From NCBI RefSeq assembly GCF_000956175.1, contig NZ_CP011070.1, forward strand, positions 1,048,147-1,080,146: 32,000 bases of DNA, read 5' to 3'. This DNA is from Nitrosopumilus adriaticus (GTDB lineage Archaea > Thermoproteota > Nitrososphaeria > Nitrososphaerales > Nitrosopumilaceae). The notes below the pieces were generated by a model. It did no database searches and had not been told where the DNA came from. It saw only the letters and a list, made by a program, of their open reading frames with translations. A program made the translations under genes and the position numbers. This document shows, piece after piece, positions 25,992 through 32,000 of this stretch (its first letter is position 1; every line of letters begins with the position of its first letter).

Positions 25992-26482
25992 CTAAACGCA
26001 TATTTTTTGACAATATTCCATTTGTCAATGTCTTCATGGAATTTTTGAATCCACATTCCAGTTACTTTAAAATGATCTTTGATTGAAATAGAATTTGCTA
26101 ATTTTTGCTGCTCATCTTGATTCATTTTTTTGTAAATCAAACTTGCGTGTGGAATAAACTCATATTTTGAAAAATATTCAAGAGGTTCTGTTAATTTTTT
26201 GTTTATTCTTATCAATTGCTCATTTGGCTTAAATTCAACAAACAATGTCTTCCAAAAAACATCTGAATATGAAATTTTACTTTTTTCAATTACAAAAGAT
26301 TTTTGCCCTTGGATACTATTTGTAACGATTTTATCTAATTTCTCAAGATCTACATCAACTAATCCATAAGCAGTAATGTGAGGTTTGAATGACTGAGAGT
26401 TATATTTTGTACTCAATTCTTGAATAATATTTGTAAAATACTCTGCATCATTTTTTTCAAATACAAACCAAACAGCATACAT
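25988..26482 (-). CDS. 2H phosphoesterase superfamily protein (LigT/cyclic phosphodiesterase-like)
   Basis: 164 aa with two H-x-T/S-x motifs (KPHITAYG and IPHASLIY) at the expected spacing. Confidence 0.6.
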   Translation of the reverse strand: MYAVWFVFEKNDAEYFTNIIQELSTKYNSQSFKPHITAYGLVDVDLEKLDKIVTNSIQGQKSFVIEKSKISYSDVFWKTLFVEFKPNEQLIRINKKLTEPLEYFSKYEFIPHASLIYKKMNQDEQQKLANSISIKDHFKVTGMWIQKFHEDIDKWNIVKKYAFS

Positions 26483-26580
26483 TATGATTTGGTTAAATTC
26501 TACAATTTTTAATTATAACGTGAGTTATTGCCAACTAACTACGCACAAAAGGGGACGTAATCGTTCATAAAAATAAATTT

Positions 26581-26934
26581 TCAGATTTCTAACAATTTTT
26601 GTTCTAGTTGTTCCATTTTTTCATCACCACATTCCTCTGTATTCTCAATTGCACAGAATTCCCGTACTTCATTAAATGCATCAAGACATGATTGTAATTC
26701 TTCAGGATTAAGATTGTCTTCACTACATGCAATCATCATTGCTTCATAATTTATTGTAAATTGCTCTAACATCCATCTTTTGGTATCCATGCTTTCTAAA
26801 ATATCGAAATCACCAATACTAGTTCCAAAATAAACAATCCCTGCAAGTATGGGTAAAATCAGAAGAAATTTTAATTTAGATTTCATTATCGATGACATTG
26901 CCCAATTATTTGATTGACCATATTTATAGATCAA
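26581..26934 (-). CDS. Small secreted/anchored hypothetical protein
   Basis: The ORF runs from a TTG at 26934. The start is more likely an ATG at 26898 or 26886 (MKSKLKFLLILPILAGIVYFG). The mature part is Cys-containing and acidic. Confidence 0.5.
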   Translation of the reverse strand: MIYKYGQSNNWAMSSIMKSKLKFLLILPILAGIVYFGTSIGDFDILESMDTKRWMLEQFTINYEAMMIACSEDNLNPEELQSCLDAFNEVREFCAIENTEECGDEKMEQLEQKLLEI

Positions 26935-26944
26935 AATTTAGAAT

Positions 26945-26969
26945 TATGAACTTGAACATATTGGAAAAA
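26945..26969. repeat. Copy A of 25-nt direct repeat TATGAACTTGAACATATTGGAAAAA
   Basis: It matches 30739-30763 at 23 of 25 positions. The flanking TCAAAATT is also shared after a 5-nt indel. Confidence 0.6.
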
Positions 26970-27007
26970 AATTAATCTTAATGAATAGCCTTTCTTACTT
27001 TTAATTG

Positions 27008-27391
27008 TCAATTCAGTGATTCTTGAATTCTATCGGTATCAGTAAACTGTCTGAACTGAACAATTTTGTTATCTTGGATATGATAAACATGTGAAAATGA
27101 AACATCAAAAGATTTCCCAGTATTTGAGATACCATGATATTTTCCAGTCACCATAATGTGGTCTTTCATATTTGAGATATTTTCTGGAATGGCATGAAAT
27201 TCTTTAAAGTTTGATAACATTTTTGGAAAGTATTCATTGAAGACTGCATCTTTTCCTACAAACTTTCCTCCATTTGGCATACCATCAGCTAACTGCCATT
27301 CAATATTTTCGTCACACAAAGCAAGATAGGTCTCTTGGTCATTATTTTTGAAAGCATGATAGAATTTTTTTATCAATTCCACATTTGACAT
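27008..27391 (-). CDS. SnoaL-like / NTF2-fold protein
   Basis: 127 aa. ELIKKFYHAFKNNDQETYLALCDENIEWQ...GKFVGKDAV is the typical SnoaL_2/ketosteroid-isomerase-like opening. Confidence 0.7.
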   Translation of the reverse strand: MSNVELIKKFYHAFKNNDQETYLALCDENIEWQLADGMPNGGKFVGKDAVFNEYFPKMLSNFKEFHAIPENISNMKDHIMVTGKYHGISNTGKSFDVSFSHVYHIQDNKIVQFRQFTDTDRIQESLN

Positions 27392-27460
27392 GAAATAATT
27401 TTTGAATAATGTAATAATAACTAATTTCCAACAAATAAACTCAAATCACAATCTTAGTTA

Positions 27461-27478
27461 TTCCCAACTTTTTGGGAA
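27461..27478. promoter_or_regulatory. Perfect palindrome TTCCCAA-N4-TTGGGAA in the intergenic region left of the Cas1 block
   Basis: Seen directly in sequence: 7-bp arms with a 4-nt spacer. It lies 70 nt upstream of the SnoaL-like gene start. Confidence 0.25.
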
Positions 27479-27665
27479 CAAAAAGAAATTTGCCCTTTTA
27501 CTCTTTATCAATAAAAAGGCAGAGCCCCCCGTTTACGAATAAAATTATGACGGTTCTCGTAAAGCTTATTTCATAACCTCACAAAAACAGAACATATCTC
27601 AATCAACTAATCCTTATTCTAAACGAAAAATTCCTAAAAAATATGGATGGCCTATCATCATTTTT

Positions 27666-28142
27666 GTGATTGTAATCACAGTTGTAGTAAATGCTCATCA
27701 ACATATTCCAACTGAAACTCCTGAGGAAAAAAAAGAAATCAATAGTTTTTTCACCGCAGCCATGATTTCTTTGCTTAGTGGAACTCTAATTTTGCTAAAA
27801 AAGGGATTGAATGAGAAATATGTCACAGATTCTTTTCAAATTTTACTTTTGATGATTACTCCGTTTTCTGCATTTATTCCTATTTTAGGTAAAGTTGAAA
27901 CTTTTTGGATAATATTGCCAGTTTATTATGCTGTGATAACCTCTTGGTTTCTATTTGTTGATGATCTGGTTATAGGAAATACTGAAAGAGAGGAAGATGG
28001 AAATCGTAAAAGAAATGTTGAACAAAATTATGCTTTCAAAACAAACTTGAGAGTTTACATGATTCTAATGGGTTTGTCAGTGGCTATTTTTTATTGGTAT
28101 TTTCTGCTTATTGTACCTCAAGCTAATAATGTTACAAATTGA
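27666..28142 (+). CDS. Multi-pass membrane protein, start/stop-coupled to cas1
   Basis: 158 aa from a GTG start with about four TM helices. Its stop TGA overlaps the TTG start of cas1 (TTGA). The frame stays open upstream to 27543 without a canonical start. Confidence 0.5.
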   Translation: MIVITVVVNAHQHIPTETPEEKKEINSFFTAAMISLLSGTLILLKKGLNEKYVTDSFQILLLMITPFSAFIPILGKVETFWIILPVYYAVITSWFLFVDDLVIGNTEREEDGNRKRNVEQNYAFKTNLRVYMILMGLSVAIFYWYFLLIVPQANNVTN

Positions 28143-29152
28143 CTCAAAAAGGTCAGAAAAATCACTACAACATAAAATTTCTCAAAGGCTACGGTCACTC
28201 AATATCAGTAAAAGATTCCAAAATAATTCTCAAATCAAACCATGATCCATTTTCTAAACCAGAACAAGAAGAGTGGTTTGTCAAAAATATGCCTTATGAG
28301 AAAATAGTTCTTTCCGGTAAGGGATATGTTTCAACTGAAGCATTATCATTACTTTCTCAAAATAACAGAAATATCATTTTACTTGATAATCATGGAAAGC
28401 CAGTCAGTTTCTGTCATTCTATGATGGATTCACTGACTGCAACCAAATACCGCATGGCACAGTATGATACATTTCGAAATCCTGAGAAGTGTAAGTATCT
28501 GCGTAAGCAAATCATATCTGCGAAGCAACAATCCCAACTAAAACTACTCAGATTAATTGGCAGTGACATTACTGAACTCCCAGAGAAAGAGAATGCTTCG
28601 GCTAGAAAATATTGGTTAGAATTTGCTAAATTTATTCCTGAAAAATATAATTTTCAGTCACGAAATCAATCTCATATACGCAGTAGCAAGAATAATGCAA
28701 CTGACATCATCAATGCTTTATTGAACTACGGGTATTCTGTACTGGCAGGGGAAATCTCAAAATTTGTTTGTGGGTTTGGGTTGGATCCTTATTTTGGATT
28801 CATGCACAAAACCCATACTGGATTTCAACCCTTAGTGTATGACATCATAGAACCATTTCGCTGGTTAGTTGATAATTCTGTTTATACTATTGCAAACAAC
28901 AAAGAGAAGAGAAATAGAATCAAACTCAAAGAGTATAGTTACACAAAAGATGGAACTATAGTAATTGAGTATGCTTTGATCAAACGATTCTTGGAATTGT
29001 TAGAAAGGCAATTTTCTAAAGAAATAAAGTTTGACTTTAGGCACGGAAAGAAGACAAAATTGGGATTGAAATCCGTTCAAGAGATAACGGTTGGAAAAAT
29101 TTACGTTCAAAATTTAATAGATTATTGTACTATGGAAAAGTCGATTTTTTGA
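28139..29152 (+). CDS. cas1: Stand-alone Cas1 integrase (Cas1-solo / casposase-like)
   Basis: 337 aa with a TTG start. Hallmarks are E-NASARKYW (catalytic Glu context), DIINALLNYGYSVL, GLDPYFGFMH (catalytic His) and LVYDIIEPFRWLVD (catalytic Asp/Glu). The N-terminal beta domain reads NIKFLKGYGHSISVKDSKIIL. Confidence 0.85.
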   Translation: MTQKGQKNHYNIKFLKGYGHSISVKDSKIILKSNHDPFSKPEQEEWFVKNMPYEKIVLSGKGYVSTEALSLLSQNNRNIILLDNHGKPVSFCHSMMDSLTATKYRMAQYDTFRNPEKCKYLRKQIISAKQQSQLKLLRLIGSDITELPEKENASARKYWLEFAKFIPEKYNFQSRNQSHIRSSKNNATDIINALLNYGYSVLAGEISKFVCGFGLDPYFGFMHKTHTGFQPLVYDIIEPFRWLVDNSVYTIANNKEKRNRIKLKEYSYTKDGTIVIEYALIKRFLELLERQFSKEIKFDFRHGKKTKLGLKSVQEITVGKIYVQNLIDYCTMEKSIF

Positions 29153-29773
29153 TTTAGGAATTCTACTTAGCCACTCAGTCACAAGATCACACATGTTTTT
29201 TGAGAAAATATTCATCATTGCAGTATATTTAGGAAAACTTACTTTGATCAGTACTCCTTTATCATCTTCGTAAACAAATTTTCCATGTTCCCACCACCAT
29301 GATGAGTGACCTAGCATATTGCGAAGGTCTTTTGGAAATAAGTTTTGGAAATCTTTGAAACAAATTTCTTGGGAAATGCCTACAATTAATGTTCCAAGAG
29401 GTATTTTCAAAGAAATCTTTTGTTTCTTTTTACCAATTTTGACACCTTCTTTCAAATTTTCTATCAAAAATAGACGATGTGCTTCAATGTAGTTTAAACT
29501 ATGAAAAATAAAATAATTTGCAATTAATCGCCTTGAGTGAATGTCATCAATAAAAAAACTATTTTTGTTATTATTTGAAAACTGTTTTAATTTATGTTGG
29601 TCGTTGAAAACCTTTTCAAATTCTTTGTAAGTCTTTCCTGACTCTTGGATATTTTTTAGGATATGTTGCGTTCTTACATTAAATTTTGGAAATTGTTTGT
29701 AATCGGTTAATCCATGTTTTTCTAAAAGATCAAAAAATTTTTTTATAATTTTTTTGTTGGTTTGTGTCGACAT
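29114..29773 (-). CDS. Hypothetical protein with HEPN-type R-N-x3-H motif
   Basis: 219 aa and mostly helical. It carries DLRNMLGH at 29306-29323. Its 3' end overlaps the cas1 3' end by 39 nt (convergent). Confidence 0.6.
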   Translation of the reverse strand: MSTQTNKKIIKKFFDLLEKHGLTDYKQFPKFNVRTQHILKNIQESGKTYKEFEKVFNDQHKLKQFSNNNKNSFFIDDIHSRRLIANYFIFHSLNYIEAHRLFLIENLKEGVKIGKKKQKISLKIPLGTLIVGISQEICFKDFQNLFPKDLRNMLGHSSWWWEHGKFVYEDDKGVLIKVSFPKYTAMMNIFSKNMCDLVTEWLSRIPKSKNRLFHSTIIY

Positions 29774-29785
29774 GGTATAAAGATA

Positions 29786-30733
29786 TTAGAAAACTCCCAA
29801 AGATTTGAGAATTGAATCTAAATTGGAAATTATTGTGGTAATAGTCCCATGAGCACTAGGAACTGCCTGCAATATACCGTGAATTGATTTTAATCCGTCT
29901 GACACTATTTGTCTATTGGGTGAATCAGATTTGGTTTGCAATTCTATAGATTCTATTTGAGAAATAATTTTTTCTTTAACAGAATCTTGTAATGTTTCCA
30001 TCGAATTTTTCATCTGAGAAATCAAATCATTAATGGCAGCTAAATCATTTTGTTTAATAGTTTGATTTGAATTAATCGTGCCCACTTGAAGATTTGAATT
30101 ATTCATTTCCCCAACGGTTACATTGTAAACAGTTGTAGGTGATGCTTCATTAGAATCTGAATCATTATTATTTGATTCTGCTTTTTTTAGATTTTTATCA
30201 AATTTTTCTCTAGATTGTGCCATTAATTGATCTAATCTTTGATCATCAATCAAATCAGGATGGCTAGAAATTGCAAGATAATATGCAGTGTATTTTCCTG
30301 AATTGAGTTTTATAATACGCGTTTTATATGAAACCAAACTTGGGTGTGTATCATCTTGATGTTCGGAGAGTACTGATGAATACATACAAACTTTTTCAAA
30401 TAATTGATTTAATCCAGTATGATCCACACGTCCATTATTTTTGTTGATTTCTAAAAATCGATTAAGAGATTTTTGATCAGACTCAAAATTTACAACAACA
30501 TATGCTTCTCTATTTCTATTAGCCCAATCTTTGATATGATCCTGTAATCGATTAACTTCATCATCATATGGTGTAATGAATGCCATCACCATTCCAGTTT
30601 TAACTAATTCTTGAAAATCCACTTCATCTCCATTTCTAATACTGTCCCAAATTTTTCTTGGATATGGCACATCCATAAATGAAGTAATGTTTCCCCTAGG
30701 TTGTTGTTCTGCATCACTCATAATCCTTTTCAA
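29786..30733 (-). CDS. Hypothetical protein (311-315 aa), upstream partner of the HEPN-motif gene
   Basis: The ORF runs from a TTG at 30733, with a likely ATG at 30721 (MSDAEQQ). It lies 12 nt upstream of the next gene. It has an N/S-rich linker and a helical C-terminal tail. No known motif recognised. Confidence 0.6.
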   Translation of the reverse strand: MKRIMSDAEQQPRGNITSFMDVPYPRKIWDSIRNGDEVDFQELVKTGMVMAFITPYDDEVNRLQDHIKDWANRNREAYVVVNFESDQKSLNRFLEINKNNGRVDHTGLNQLFEKVCMYSSVLSEHQDDTHPSLVSYKTRIIKLNSGKYTAYYLAISSHPDLIDDQRLDQLMAQSREKFDKNLKKAESNNNDSDSNEASPTTVYNVTVGEMNNSNLQVGTINSNQTIKQNDLAAINDLISQMKNSMETLQDSVKEKIISQIESIELQTKSDSPNRQIVSDGLKSIHGILQAVPSAHGTITTIISNLDSILKSLGVF

Positions 30734-30738
30734 AATTG

Positions 30739-30763
30739 TATGAACTTAAGCATATTGGAAAAA
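30739..30763. repeat. Copy B of 25-nt direct repeat TATGAACTTAAGCATATTGGAAAAA
   Basis: It matches 26945-26969 at 23 of 25 positions. Confidence 0.6.
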
Positions 30764-30791
30764 GTAATACACTAAAAAAATAACTAAGATC

Positions 30792-31457
30792 ATGGAACTG
30801 GATGAACAATTAATTAAAATGGGAAAATTATGTTCGATTTATGAAAAGCAATTCCTTCAATTTAGCGATATTGTGCCTTATGTTGATAATGATTGGACTT
30901 TAACCAAATCTCCATTATTGGCTTCAATTCTACTGGGCATTGGACCCCAAATAGAGGCAATGACCAAAATAATTTTCAATGCTTTGGGATTCACAACAGA
31001 AAAAAACAAACCTGGGTTTTGGGATTATTATCCCGAATTAAACCAGAAGAGGATGTTTACTAGTCATTCAGTCATTCTTAAAAATTCAGCATATCAAGGA
31101 TACAAAATACTTCATCCATTTAACGAATTAGGAAGTAATACAGACAATGTTATGTGGTGGGAGGCATACAATAAACTCAAGCATTCTCTTCCGGAAGGAT
31201 TAGAATATGGTTCATTACAAAACACAATTCATGGACTTGCCGCTCTTTCAAGTCTTTTACATATTGCATATGAAATTAAATTAAATTTAACAAAAGAGCG
31301 TGATTTTATTTTGGATTCAAAAAATTGGCATATTACAAATTTGGGAGTTTTTGAAGGTAGAAATGAATGGCCCCCAGTTCAAAATCCATTACATAAAATT
31401 TTAGATTGGAAGTCTGAATTATTTTTCTTTGATAACGTATTGACACTTCGTGTTTAA
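30792..31457 (+). CDS. Hypothetical protein with WWEAYNKLKH motif
   Basis: 221-aa helical ORF. The N-x3-K-H motif at 31155-31184 could be a divergent HEPN-like helix, which is unverified. Confidence 0.6.
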   Translation: MELDEQLIKMGKLCSIYEKQFLQFSDIVPYVDNDWTLTKSPLLASILLGIGPQIEAMTKIIFNALGFTTEKNKPGFWDYYPELNQKRMFTSHSVILKNSAYQGYKILHPFNELGSNTDNVMWWEAYNKLKHSLPEGLEYGSLQNTIHGLAALSSLLHIAYEIKLNLTKERDFILDSKNWHITNLGVFEGRNEWPPVQNPLHKILDWKSELFFFDNVLTLRV

Positions 31458-31511
31458 TGAAAATGTATGCAACACAGATGAATGATACTCAAATGGAATT
31501 GGTCTAAAAAC

Positions 31512-32000
31512 ATGGCAAAAAAATCACAGTGGACTGGTGGAATATTAGGAGTTGCACGTTTTTCTTATAGAATAATCGACAATCCGCCAACGTTAAAAAT
31601 CAGATATTCAATGCCTGAAGGATCGGGAATTTGTACTGATGTAAACCATTCCATGATACGTCCTTTTAGAAAAATTCTTAATGATGCAAAATATCCCGGA
31701 AAAATCACATATGTTTTCATTCGTGATGAAAAAAAGTATCATGTACTAGGAGCATTTAGCCATACCAACAGAAACATCATATTTTTCCCTGGTGTGGTAG
31801 ACAAAAGACTTCTCAATTTTGGAGAAGATGAGTTATTATCAAATGGAATTGAAAAACACGTAGATCATTTTACGCTAGAGAATAATTTGGATTCTTGGCA
31901 TGTTACTGTTCAAGAAAAAGAATTTGACGGTACAAGATTCAAATCACAAAAAACAAAAAAAATTGATGAAAATAATTACTTGTGGTTCATTTTCAAGATA
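31512..32000 (+). CDS. Hypothetical protein (3' end outside window); absent from the ORF track
   Basis: From the ATG at 31512 the frame is open for 163 codons to the window edge (MAKKSQWTGGILGVARFSYRIIDNPP...). No motif recognised. Confidence 0.5.
   Translation, partial: MAKKSQWTGGILGVARFSYRIIDNPPTLKIRYSMPEGSGICTDVNHSMIRPFRKILNDAKYPGKITYVFIRDEKKYHVLGAFSHTNRNIIFFPGVVDKRLLNFGEDELLSNGIEKHVDHFTLENNLDSWHVTVQEKEFDGTRFKSQKTKKIDENNYLWFIFKI

Noticed and set aside
1-32000. Search for a CRISPR array to go with cas1.
   Set aside because: I could find no series of 25-40-nt direct repeats with unique spacers anywhere in the window. The repetitive-looking stretch at 19242-20681 is low-complexity coding sequence for a K/E/Q-rich coiled coil.
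27392-32000. Calling the Cas1 block a casposon (mobile_element feature).
   Set aside because: No PolB-like ORF (no DxxSLYPS or YxDTD-type motifs) was found. I found no convincing terminal inverted repeats in the visible flanks, and the right end is outside the window. It is kept as a hypothesis only.

Overview
The window is visibly AT-rich and archaeal. Its gene content includes archaeal-type purP, a purS-purQ-purL-purF operon, tatC/tatA, ubiX and many short lineage-specific ORFs. This resembles a marine ammonia-oxidising thaumarchaeon (Nitrosopumilus-like), which is an inference from gene content, not a database hit. Positions 1-10.1 kb are conserved core genes: a histidine-kinase fragment, DUF427, the pur operon, Tat translocase, ubiX and purP. 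Positions 10-27 kb hold small hypothetical, regulatory (wHTH, RHH, atypical receiver) and secreted genes, plus a CBS-TrkH transporter, an O-methyltransferase and a long coiled-coil protein. Positions 27.4-32 kb form an accessory-looking block around a stand-alone, catalytically intact Cas1. I saw no CRISPR array, cas2, cas4 or PolB in view. This Cas1 is start/stop-coupled to a multi-pass membrane protein and flanked by uncharacterised genes, one with a clear HEPN-type RNxxxH motif. That block is the strongest candidate for an undescribed system; the alternative is a casposon remnant, or a casposon continuing beyond the window. Other notable points: (1) purL is interrupted, with its C-terminus in the -1 frame just after an in-phase A_AAA_AAG heptamer. 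(2) Four genes are linked by ATGA overlaps and end in a secreted 3D-domain protein. (3) A GC-rich structured-RNA candidate lies downstream of purP. (4) Two paralogous RHH mini-ORFs fall below the ORF-track cutoff. (5) A 25-nt near-identical direct repeat brackets the Cas1 block. No tRNA, rRNA or CRISPR array was recognised.
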